IMG/VR virus record: IMGVR_UViG_3300009285_001996 | Strand: one strand, 5' to 3' | DNA length: 64,000 nt | Origin: a virus | Part shown: positions 18,408 through 27,256 of the stretch, one piece after another | Layout: each line of letters begins with the position of its first letter | How positions within the stretch are numbered: the first letter of the stretch is position 1 | Notes under the pieces: model-generated | What the model was told of the DNA's origin: nothing | Seen by the model: the letters and a program-made list of their open reading frames with translations, nothing else | The model's database searches: none | Program-made: the position numbers and the translations under genes

Positions 18408-19178
18408 ATGATTGAAAAAGACGAACTTTACAAGTTATATATTACTGATAGACTTTCCCCTGCACAAATCGCGGCTCTCCACAATACCTACACTAAGAAA
18501 ATACAGCGGTTAATTACCAGATACGGCTTCCCCACCCGCACTCAATCCGAAGCTCAAAAACTAGCCCTTTCAGAAGGTAGAACAAAACACCCAACCAAGG
18601 GCAGGAAGAGAACTAGGGAAGAACGCCTAAAAATGGCGAAATCTCAGGTAGACACCTGGAAAAGCCTCGATGTCGATGAACAGAAACGCCGCAAAAACCT
18701 AGCAATTAAACACCTAGAGGATATGACGGATTATGAAAAAGAATTGGGTAAACTCAAGGCGGCGGAAGCCATTAGGGTAGCCTCCCAAGAAGGCTCTAAA
18801 TTAGAAAAATTTGTGGAAAATATATTGACGGAGAGCGGTTTGGTAGTAGAATATCACAGGAAAGGGCTGACCCCAAGTGAGCCCGACCTAGAGGTTGATC
18901 TATTTTTACCCCACCTTTCCCTTGCTATAGAAATTGACGGCCCTGGACACTGGCTACCAATATATGGGCAGGAAAGTTTAGATAGGAATATGCTGGCGGA
19001 CTTTCGCAAAGACTCTTCGCTCATTTATTGTGGATGTTATGTATTGAGGATTAGATGTAAAGATAATTCGGACTCACTTTATAGTATGAATGAAGTAGCA
19101 AGCAAGGTTTTGGAATTAGTGAAAGAGTATAGTAGGGGCGGGGTCGATCAAACAACGGTACGAACTGTAGAGGTATAA
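18408..19178 (+). CDS. free-standing endonuclease: HTH + NUMOD3-like + Vsr/DUF559-like domain
   Basis: HPTKGRKRT motif; EVDLFLPHLSLAIEIDGPGHW. Confidence 0.75.
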   Translation: MIEKDELYKLYITDRLSPAQIAALHNTYTKKIQRLITRYGFPTRTQSEAQKLALSEGRTKHPTKGRKRTREERLKMAKSQVDTWKSLDVDEQKRRKNLAIKHLEDMTDYEKELGKLKAAEAIRVASQEGSKLEKFVENILTESGLVVEYHRKGLTPSEPDLEVDLFLPHLSLAIEIDGPGHWLPIYGQESLDRNMLADFRKDSSLIYCGCYVLRIRCKDNSDSLYSMNEVASKVLELVKEYSRGGVDQTTVRTVEV

Positions 19179-19182
19179 ATTT

Positions 19183-20091
19183 ATGTCTCATGGTTATGAA
19201 CAAACTTCAGTATCAGAATTACGAGAAATCCTACGCACTCAATATTGTGTAACCGACGAGGAAACTTTGTCCCAAAAGAAGTCCGCTCTAGTTGACCTTC
19301 TATTATCAATACAAAATATAAAGGTGTTGCCAGAGCCAGAACCTAACAGCAGCAACGTATTTACTGGTGGTGTGGAACCCGACAATATGTTTAGCGAAAC
19401 CGTGGAGGAACCCGAAATTGTTAACCTCCCCCTAGATTCCCTGCCAATTTTCGGCTCAAAGGAATGGCACGAGTTGGTGATGGCTAACTTTGAAAAGGAC
19501 GAACTATTTAATGGAAATCCAACCTGTGATGGATTACGCCGAGTGTTAGAACTAATGGTCGGTCCAATCTCAAAGAAAGAACTGTCGTTTATTAAACCTC
19601 CTGATAATCCAAAGGGAATCGCCACTATTGCTGTTTCCGTCACCTGTCAAGTTGGCAACCCAAACCATCCACTTTACGGGACCGCAGTTGTAGAGCAAGA
19701 TATTGCAGATTGTGGACCACATAATACAGATGACCCGAAATACTCAAAATATCAATCTGCGATGGCAGAGACTAGAGCGGAAGCCCGCTGCTATCGCAAA
19801 CTACTGCGGCTTCGCAAAGTGGTAGCATCCGAAGAGACTAGTGATGGTAACTTTATCGACTTTAACCCCAACGATAAGATAGACGATAAACAGTTGGATA
19901 TTGTTGATTTGATTGCGAAACGCGGAAATGTAAGTATACCAGATGTTATCGTAAAACTGGGGTATAAGAATGTAAAGGAATTGACTAAGGACCAAGCCAC
20001 TAACTTAATTAAGATGTTGGGGGATTTAAGTGCTGGCAGGGAAGAGAAAGGGGATTTGGGAGAATATAGGTCAGATTGGAGAGATAAGTAA
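19183..20091 (+). CDS. Rad52/Erf-like single-strand annealing recombinase
   Basis: AMAETRAEARCYRKLL helix; C-terminal LTKDQATNLI module. Confidence 0.6.
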   Translation: MSHGYEQTSVSELREILRTQYCVTDEETLSQKKSALVDLLLSIQNIKVLPEPEPNSSNVFTGGVEPDNMFSETVEEPEIVNLPLDSLPIFGSKEWHELVMANFEKDELFNGNPTCDGLRRVLELMVGPISKKELSFIKPPDNPKGIATIAVSVTCQVGNPNHPLYGTAVVEQDIADCGPHNTDDPKYSKYQSAMAETRAEARCYRKLLRLRKVVASEETSDGNFIDFNPNDKIDDKQLDIVDLIAKRGNVSIPDVIVKLGYKNVKELTKDQATNLIKMLGDLSAGREEKGDLGEYRSDWRDK

Positions 20092-20108
20092 TAACCAATG
20101 GTGGCTTT

Positions 20109-20492
20109 ATGAGCGATGGAACTACGATATATGTTGTTACGGCATATAAATGGGGGCTACGCGACAATCATAGCTATGTGGTTGGAGCATATACGGATTT
20201 GGAACAGGCGAAGTGCATAGCTGACTCCCATGTCGAATATCGCGGAAATAAGTACGGATGCGAAGTAACATCGTGTGTTCAAAATGATAACGAATTAGAA
20301 GATGGTAATGACGAACTTCGTATGTATTATGTGGAATGCCCGTATTTTGGCAACGGCGTTGGTATGCGGTCGTCTCAACCAGTAGATAGTAGTAAGTGGT
20401 TAGAAGTGCAGGAAATATTAGGTAAAATTAAAGACAGAGAATACATTAAAATACAAAGTATCGAACATGACGCCACAAGAAATAAAAGCTAA
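20109..20492 (+). CDS. hypothetical protein
   Basis: 127-aa ORF, GGTGG RBS. Confidence 0.55.
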   Translation: MSDGTTIYVVTAYKWGLRDNHSYVVGAYTDLEQAKCIADSHVEYRGNKYGCEVTSCVQNDNELEDGNDELRMYYVECPYFGNGVGMRSSQPVDSSKWLEVQEILGKIKDREYIKIQSIEHDATRNKS

Positions 20493-20625
20493 ATTATACG
20501 ATCTACAACATCACAATTGTAATGGGGGATTAACGATACACCCAGACGGCAAAATAGACCCTGATGATAAACCGTGCGATTATTGTGCTAGAATCTTATA
20601 TCTTACCATGAATTACGGAAATTAG
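20467..20625 (+). CDS. small Cys-containing hypothetical protein (52 aa)
   Basis: hand-translated MTPQEIKAKLYDLQHHNCNGGLTIHPDGKIDPDDKPCDYCARILYLTMNYGN. Confidence 0.5.
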   Translation: MTPQEIKAKLYDLQHHNCNGGLTIHPDGKIDPDDKPCDYCARILYLTMNYGN

Positions 20626-20628
20626 CTA

Positions 20629-20715
20629 ATGGATAACGATAACAAAAAATTCTTAACTATGTTATTGATATTTATTATTACTGCTTTATTGATAAAAATC
20701 TTTTTTCTAACATGA
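20629..20715 (+). CDS. 28-aa single-TM peptide
   Basis: MDNDNKKFLTMLLIFIITALLIKIFFLT; fills the gap between adjacent ORFs. Confidence 0.4.
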   Translation: MDNDNKKFLTMLLIFIITALLIKIFFLT

Positions 20716-20718
20716 AAG

Positions 20719-21060
20719 GTGTGTGACATGAAGGCCAGTTTTAGGGTGAAACCCACATTATTGGTTGAAATCGAGTCAGAAACAGAGTCTCAACTATGGA
20801 AGGATTTAGCTAGTTTGCAGGAAGTGTTCGGTGAAAGTAAATGCGGGAAGTGCGGATGTGAAGATTTAAAAATGATCGTTAGGACAGTTGACGAAAATGA
20901 GTATTTTGAGTTACGTTGTACTAAATGTTTCGCTAGACTTAGTTACGGACAACATAAAAAGGGTGGGGGATTATTTCCAAAGCGAAAGGATGGAGAGAAT
21001 AATTATTTACCAAATGGCGGTTGGGTAAAGTGGAATGCTGAAAAACAGACTAACGAGTAA
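20719..21060 (+). CDS. hypothetical Zn-binding protein
   Basis: CGKC..CTKC; GAAAGG RBS. Confidence 0.6.
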   Translation: MCDMKASFRVKPTLLVEIESETESQLWKDLASLQEVFGESKCGKCGCEDLKMIVRTVDENEYFELRCTKCFARLSYGQHKKGGGLFPKRKDGENNYLPNGGWVKWNAEKQTNE

Positions 21061-21065
21061 TAATA

Positions 21066-21476
21066 ATGATAAATTTTATATTTAAATTACTTAGTTGTTT
21101 ATTGGTAATCGTTATACCTGTTTATATTGTATATTTATTCTGTAATGGGATTGTGAATATTATATCAGCCGACCACACCATAAAAGCCATCTGTCCACAA
21201 TGCGGGCACGCCTTAGAGAGGTATAGATGGGAAATGAAAGAAAAATCAGAATTGGGTATGGACGAACCCATTAGTCCAATGCAAAAAGAGGGGCTAGTAA
21301 AACTTCTGAGCGAAAAACCGTTTGCTATTCCTGTAGCTAAAAAGATGGTGGAAGACGGTGTTCTAACATATAGGGATATTAGCTTAATTCACGAATATGT
21401 TTATGATAAAAATAAAATGGAGCAGGAAAGGTTAGCTGACAAAGCGTTGAAAGATATACTATTGGAGAAACCTTAG
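21066..21476 (+). CDS. hypothetical membrane protein with CxxC
   Basis: N-terminal TM segment, CPQC; last + strand gene. Confidence 0.55.
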   Translation: MINFIFKLLSCLLVIVIPVYIVYLFCNGIVNIISADHTIKAICPQCGHALERYRWEMKEKSELGMDEPISPMQKEGLVKLLSEKPFAIPVAKKMVEDGVLTYRDISLIHEYVYDKNKMEQERLADKALKDILLEKP

Positions 21477-21524
21477 TGATACAAATGTGGATAGACAATT
21501 ACGAGAAATTATCACAAGGGGTGA

Positions 21525-21692
21525 TTAGGGAATTATACAGATATTGACATTCTCATCTGTAGTATAAGATTGTTGGGTTGGTGGGGCGGGGCACACGCCC
21601 CCATCGCTTGGGCAACACGGGGGCGGTTGTGTTTGGGGAGGGGCGCAGGCTGAAAGAATTAGCAGGAGGATGAGGGGGAGGATGTATTTCAT
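21525..21692 (-). CDS. Pro/Cys-rich lipoprotein (o-spanin candidate), absent from the ORF track
   Basis: MKYILPLILLLILSA-C lipobox; 10 Pro in the 40-aa mature chain; GGAG 8 nt upstream; ATGA overlap. Confidence 0.7.
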   Translation of the reverse strand: MKYILPLILLLILSACAPPQTQPPPCCPSDGGVCPAPPTQQSYTTDENVNICIIP

Positions 21693-22678
21693 AACACTGA
21701 CTCCATATTTTTACGTTCTCTAATTGATTGAAAAGTGTCACCCTTGCCCCAACCATCTAACACAATCATATAATGTTTAGAATCTTTATTTTCTGTAACG
21801 GTTTGGATAGCTTGGTCTAGTTGGTCTTGGGTGGGTGAATTATTACTTGCTAAAACCTGTATAACATACCAACCGTTTTCAATTAACTTTTCTATTCGCT
21901 GTTGGTCTTGTTTGGATTTATGTCCATGCCAATACCATTCGTCGTACTCTACACAAATTTTTTTATTATTAGAAGAAAAAGCTATATCAACCCAAGCTGA
22001 TTCTCCATCAATTTTTGTTTTGAAATTATGTATACCTCTTCCAATCATTTTGTGCAATAGTAAAGCCATACTAGATGTTTGTTTTCCATTTCTAAAGTTT
22101 TTACAATTACCACAACTTAGAACTCGTTTAGCCATTAAATAATTACTTGAAACATTTTTTGTTTTGCCACAATCACATATGCAATACCAAAGATAACACC
22201 CTTTCCACATTTCATCTAGTCTATATATAGCTGTTAATTTTCCGAATTTCCTTCCTGCGATATCTATTCTTTGCCCTTCAGCGGCTCGTATTTTTTGATA
22301 ACACCCACAAGATTGTGTGTGTCCCGTCCATATCTTAATCGGAGATGTAACGAATATATTGCCACAATATGGGCATTCAAATTCTGTATTAACGTGTGCC
22401 TTTGTATAGTCGCCAACCATTTTAATACCAAAACTTAAACATCGCTCAATTGCTTCTTGTTGTGTTAGCGTTTGTTTTTCGCTTGAGAAAAAAGCGGTTT
22501 TACATCCACACGATCTAGTGGTTTTGCGCCAAATTTTTTCTGGAGATGTTACAAATAGTTTTCCGCAATAACATATGTGTTCAGTATTATTATTTGATCC
22601 TAAATATGGTCCATAAAGTTTAATATCACAATCTATATATCTTAAATCTACCTCTTCTTGAGTTAATTTCCTTGGCAC
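21689..22678 (-). CDS. free-standing (homing-type) endonuclease
   Basis: repeated CxCG..SCGC modules, WYCICDCGK; C-terminal VDIAF..ICVEYDEWYWH. Confidence 0.7.
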   Translation of the reverse strand: MPRKLTQEEVDLRYIDCDIKLYGPYLGSNNNTEHICYCGKLFVTSPEKIWRKTTRSCGCKTAFFSSEKQTLTQQEAIERCLSFGIKMVGDYTKAHVNTEFECPYCGNIFVTSPIKIWTGHTQSCGCYQKIRAAEGQRIDIAGRKFGKLTAIYRLDEMWKGCYLWYCICDCGKTKNVSSNYLMAKRVLSCGNCKNFRNGKQTSSMALLLHKMIGRGIHNFKTKIDGESAWVDIAFSSNNKKICVEYDEWYWHGHKSKQDQQRIEKLIENGWYVIQVLASNNSPTQDQLDQAIQTVTENKDSKHYMIVLDGWGKGDTFQSIRERKNMESVL

Positions 22679-22689
22679 AATTTATCCTA

Positions 22690-23316
22690 TTAGAAATATT
22701 CTGTAGAAAAATATAATCCAAAATATTTTGACCCTATCGAATCTGGTGAACAACTAGCGGCAATCCAATATGAATGTTCCGTATCAGAATAGCCTGTATT
22801 ATTAATCTGCCAACCAGACATACCTGGGCTAAAATTCATAGAAAGAATAGCGTCTATACCGCTACCACCCATACTTGTCCAAGTTGTATCTCCAGAACCC
22901 AATGCTGCTTCTTCTGTAATATATGGATGCTGAATACAAGCCATTTTACAAGTCACGCCAGACTGAGCATTGTTGATAGAAACACGGTCATACGATATAA
23001 TACGACTATTAGCTAAAGTTATTGGTGTATCATTAGAAATAGAAATCCTTAAAGTAGCCTGATGGTTACAAAGTTCTGCTAACGTAACTGGTGAAGCATT
23101 AGGATCATTGCCAACTATACAAGATGATGGACTATGATAAATCACGTTATCAAGCTGAAAATTTTCCACCACACCATTAGCGTCAGTACAGTACGTTCTC
23201 GTATTGTATGACCCCACTGGAACGCTACCACCAAAGGTATCATAATAAAAACCAACCCCGGAACCCGGACCTAATGGGAAGTTTTCGCCACCTAAGAATT
23301 GAATTGCAACAGCCAC
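22690..23316 (-). CDS. virion structural protein (tail tip region)
   Basis: beta-rich 208 aa, AAAGGAG RBS, late-operon position. Confidence 0.55.
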   Translation of the reverse strand: MAVAIQFLGGENFPLGPGSGVGFYYDTFGGSVPVGSYNTRTYCTDANGVVENFQLDNVIYHSPSSCIVGNDPNASPVTLAELCNHQATLRISISNDTPITLANSRIISYDRVSINNAQSGVTCKMACIQHPYITEEAALGSGDTTWTSMGGSGIDAILSMNFSPGMSGWQINNTGYSDTEHSYWIAASCSPDSIGSKYFGLYFSTEYF

Positions 23317-23344
23317 TTTTATCTCCTTTGTAATATTTCTACTG

Positions 23345-23354
23345 TAATATACAC
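23345..23354 (-). promoter_or_regulatory. putative late promoter motif GTGTATATTA
   Basis: intergenic, ~30 nt upstream of the 23316 start; identical 10-mer at 45343-45352. Confidence 0.5.
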
Positions 23355-23420
23355 TTTCGCACTCTCTAACCGCTAGTTATTTTAATTGGATAAAATTATT
23401 AAATGACTAGTTTAAAGTCA

Positions 23421-23831
23421 TTACCATTTCCCAATTGGACATTTTTCCCCCTTCCAAAAAATTTTTCCTTCTGTACCCAAAATTCCATTTATTAGAAAAC
23501 ACCCACATTGGCGGCACCTTCCGCTATCTTTAGCAAAAAACTCGCACTCATTACATATACTTATCCTCTGTTTAATCTCTTCTTCGGACGTTCGTTGAAA
23601 CCCGCCCCTTGCGTGTTCTACGACCGCCCCTGCAAAATTTTTAGCCTGTTGTATTAGGGATGGAAATTCTTTAGTGGGGATTGCTTTGTCGCAAAATCCA
23701 CACCTTATGGGTAAAACGGTCGCCTTTATCACAACGCCCGTATTTTTACACCTATATGTATTCTCTGCTATTTGTTCTATACACTGTGAGTTACCGGCAT
23801 TAGCTCCAAAAGTGGGGGGTGAATTGTTCAT
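23421..23831 (-). CDS. Cys-rich protein with DUF6171-like C-terminus
   Basis: RISICNEC..CRQCGC..K..CPIGKW. Confidence 0.6.
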   Translation of the reverse strand: MNNSPPTFGANAGNSQCIEQIAENTYRCKNTGVVIKATVLPIRCGFCDKAIPTKEFPSLIQQAKNFAGAVVEHARGGFQRTSEEEIKQRISICNECEFFAKDSGRCRQCGCFLINGILGTEGKIFWKGEKCPIGKW

Positions 23832-23842
23832 TAAACTGTATC

Positions 23843-26800
23843 TTACCAAATTGGGGAAATTTCTATATACGGAGGACCAATACATTGGTGTTCATTAAAA
23901 CCCCCATATAGATAGGTTTTATTTAACATTACTCCTTCTGCCGCTACATTATAGTGTTTAAATTGCGTACCCAGTTTAACATCATCTATATAATATTCTG
24001 GGGTTATTTCCACCATAGCTATAGGTAATTTATTTGGTAATTTATCGTGTAATTCTTGTCTAGTATAATTGTGACCAAGCGTTGTCGGTTTTGTATACCC
24101 TAAATCAGCATACCCTAAATTATAATCGCCCGATACCGCCCCCAACCCGTTTTCGTCATAATACACCAGCCAACACGCCCTATCATTATCTAATTGTATA
24201 CTCCATCCACTTTCTTGTATATATTTCTCTCCTGCTATCCAATACGACTGAGGATTTACGCAGCTAGCCCAACAAAATATTCCACTATAGTTTGGCCCAA
24301 AGCCAACCGATATATTTATTCCGCTAGGACTCTCGAATCCATATTTAACATCTCCGCTCACTGGCGGACGAATATCGGTGAAACTAAAAGAGCCCTCGGA
24401 TGGGTCGTCGGTATATCCAGTCCAGTCTACGTGCATCAAGGGTAAAAATTGTGGGTATGTTCCACTAACAGCACTGGATATTCTGAAATTGGGCCACCCA
24501 CTTCCTGTTACTAGGTCAACATTATTGGTAAATTGGGGTGAAGCAGTACTCGTAGTCTTTCCAAAACAAAGTGTTTTATGATATCCAACTTGGGGTTGCT
24601 CTAAAGGAAAATATAAGTGCCCAAACTTATTATATCCATCAATGCCATATCTATTAGTTCCATCGGAATACCACCCATTAAATAACTCGAAATAATCACT
24701 AGTGGGATAAATATGCAATAAAGAACAGTATTTACCCATACCACCATAACGCAGGTTTGTTTGGTTATCTGGAATTTGTCCTACATTTTCTATTTGTGAT
24801 ATATATTCCCATGTAAATTGATCTAGGTCAAAATATGTTGTGGGGCGGACAACTATTTGGGGGCTGGCTGTTCTGGAATTTACAAAATTCTGCGTAGAAA
24901 GTGGTTGAGAACTATTTCTGAAATGTATTCCCTCTTTTAATATTGGCACATAAAGTGAAGCATTTGTGTTTGCTCTCTCTCTAACTATAGACCCACTAAT
25001 GTATATGTCGGAGGCGTGTAGTCTATTGGGAATATCTGGAAATTGCTCTAGTTGCCAATTTTGACTATCATCTACATAAATAGAATGTCTTCCGCAATAG
25101 TTTCGTCCAGGTAAATTAAATGTACCAGATGGGTAATTATAAATTTCGTTATCAAATACATACCAAATATTAGAGTAAGTTAATGTGTTAGACTCTCGTA
25201 TTCTACTATAATTTACGCCACCATAGCTTGTATATTGCGGTGATGAAAATGTCGGATAATTTCCGTATACGAACCCATCCCACACTGGCTTTTGCCACAT
25301 AATACGTTCATCTCGCATTCCCTCTATTACACCACTACCAACTTCCAGTGTAGCTATTAAGTAACGACCATCTGCTGGCGAATCGTGTTGTGTAAGAGAA
25401 CCGTCGCCAGATAAACAAACAGCAATATTTATACCAGGACTATATTGACTAAATTCATAATCATCTAATGTTATAGAGCCTTGTGTAGATGTAATAATTC
25501 CATTTGGTGTCAAATATTTCGTACCAACATCCATTGATAATACATTACCAGCCACACTTAAATCACCAGTGTTATAAAAATATGGTATAGGACTATAAAC
25601 CTTGCCACCACCCCAAGGTTGAGATGAACCAGTAGCTAAATAAAATTGGTTATTGTAATTTGCTGCCGCTATATAGTTATGTCCAGCGAGATTGGCTTCC
25701 CAATGTACATATTTGCCACTACCAACATGAGATAAACCGTCATCGCTAGCGTTTTGTACGCCGTATACAGCAATACCACTAACCGACTGACACGTACAAG
25801 AAGTCATTACGGCAGAAGGAAATACATAAAAATAACTAGGATAAGTGCTTTCGACGCCAACTCGCGGTAAAATATACGTACCATTCAAATCTGAACACTG
25901 CGTATTGCACATAGCGTTGTAAGCTAATCCACCACCTAATTTGGGATTTCTGGGGGCAATTAAATTTCCAGTAAATGGTGCATATTCGATAAATCCTCCA
26001 TAATTATATCCATAAGCATAAGGTCTACTTACCCAATTAGCGCTCTCTACAAGGATAGCCGCGTTAGCCGGCTTAACACCCGTAGCTGGCGTGAGCGACC
26101 AACTGAAATTACCGCCAAAATCAGCGTAAACCCAAATTTTCGTCTCTGCAATTGGACCAGGATCAATGCTTAATTCTACCCCATCCCTTTCATAATACGT
26201 TCCGTTTATCCAAAAAGTTATTTTTGGGTATCCTACTGTTGGATATATATAGTATGGTATAAGATGAATTTGATCTTCATATTGCCCTGTACAAGTGCCG
26301 CCCGGATACGGACCTAAGACGCCACAAGCTCCGCCCCAAGGACCACCACTTACCATTGGTCCGTTACACACATTAAAAAAATTGCCTGTTGCCGCAGTGT
26401 TTTCGGTAAAATTATTAATCGTTACCTGTAAAGCCTTTGGTAAATATTGTGCCGCAACGGTAAAATCCCTTTCATCAACTAGCGATGTATACTTATATGT
26501 CGTATCATTGACCACTTCTACCATTTTACCAGGATTCAAATAACCAATTTCGTATAAATAAAACTCGCCATCTACATCATCAACAGTAATTTCTATGTTT
26601 GTAAATAAATCTGGTGTATCAAACCAGTATGGTGTTTTATCAATTTGTATGTGTGTACCGCTTGGTGTACCATAAAACGATAATTGTTTAATATCATAAA
26701 ATTCACCAAAACCACAGTCTGGATCGTCATATTCGCCAATACATGTACTACTACGACCTTGTAGTTCAAAACTTCCATATCTAAAAGCATTATTTCTACC

Positions 26801-27256
26801 ATCAAACTCTAAACCGTTTATATCAACAATACCAGATTTATTATCAAATATTAAATAGGCATAAAAATAATCACCATTAAAACCCCAATCACTTAATGAT
26901 GGATAGTTATTCTTAAATGTAAGCGTACTACCATTTTGGGTGCATTTTAGATAAGTATCACCTACCCCAAGGTGTTCATCGTTAGTACTAATTGACCAAT
27001 CGCCAGTATAATCCCACAATAAGGGGTGTGGCGTATCATCTAAAATATTTGTAGTAGCCAATCCATCTAAACCACCAGACAAAGGAACAAAACCATCAAA
27101 TAAAGGCGTAAAACTATTTAACCACATATAATCATAAGATGGTCCAACAGAGGGCGAACTGGGACTTTTGTAAACCAAATCATAATTATCGTGTCCAGCT
27201 AAAGTATGCCACGGTCTATCTCTATATACTGGTAAATATGGATAGCGACTTAACAT
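23843..27256 (-). CDS. large tail-tip / receptor-binding structural protein
   Basis: 1137 aa, rich in Gly/Asn/Tyr; TAATG overlap with the upstream tail gene. Confidence 0.6.
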   Translation of the reverse strand: MLSRYPYLPVYRDRPWHTLAGHDNYDLVYKSPSSPSVGPSYDYMWLNSFTPLFDGFVPLSGGLDGLATTNILDDTPHPLLWDYTGDWSISTNDEHLGVGDTYLKCTQNGSTLTFKNNYPSLSDWGFNGDYFYAYLIFDNKSGIVDINGLEFDGRNNAFRYGSFELQGRSSTCIGEYDDPDCGFGEFYDIKQLSFYGTPSGTHIQIDKTPYWFDTPDLFTNIEITVDDVDGEFYLYEIGYLNPGKMVEVVNDTTYKYTSLVDERDFTVAAQYLPKALQVTINNFTENTAATGNFFNVCNGPMVSGGPWGGACGVLGPYPGGTCTGQYEDQIHLIPYYIYPTVGYPKITFWINGTYYERDGVELSIDPGPIAETKIWVYADFGGNFSWSLTPATGVKPANAAILVESANWVSRPYAYGYNYGGFIEYAPFTGNLIAPRNPKLGGGLAYNAMCNTQCSDLNGTYILPRVGVESTYPSYFYVFPSAVMTSCTCQSVSGIAVYGVQNASDDGLSHVGSGKYVHWEANLAGHNYIAAANYNNQFYLATGSSQPWGGGKVYSPIPYFYNTGDLSVAGNVLSMDVGTKYLTPNGIITSTQGSITLDDYEFSQYSPGINIAVCLSGDGSLTQHDSPADGRYLIATLEVGSGVIEGMRDERIMWQKPVWDGFVYGNYPTFSSPQYTSYGGVNYSRIRESNTLTYSNIWYVFDNEIYNYPSGTFNLPGRNYCGRHSIYVDDSQNWQLEQFPDIPNRLHASDIYISGSIVRERANTNASLYVPILKEGIHFRNSSQPLSTQNFVNSRTASPQIVVRPTTYFDLDQFTWEYISQIENVGQIPDNQTNLRYGGMGKYCSLLHIYPTSDYFELFNGWYSDGTNRYGIDGYNKFGHLYFPLEQPQVGYHKTLCFGKTTSTASPQFTNNVDLVTGSGWPNFRISSAVSGTYPQFLPLMHVDWTGYTDDPSEGSFSFTDIRPPVSGDVKYGFESPSGINISVGFGPNYSGIFCWASCVNPQSYWIAGEKYIQESGWSIQLDNDRACWLVYYDENGLGAVSGDYNLGYADLGYTKPTTLGHNYTRQELHDKLPNKLPIAMVEITPEYYIDDVKLGTQFKHYNVAAEGVMLNKTYLYGGFNEHQCIGPPYIEISPIW

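Noticed and set aside
21477-21561. Bidirectional terminator at the strand-convergence point
   Set aside because: Only weak 5-7 bp AT-rich stems (21511-21525, 21536-21561) without U-tracts.
21553-21756. ORF-track 67-aa minus-strand ORF
   Set aside because: It overlaps the endonuclease end and has no motif. The 21525-21692 frame has an RBS, an ATGA overlap and a lipobox.
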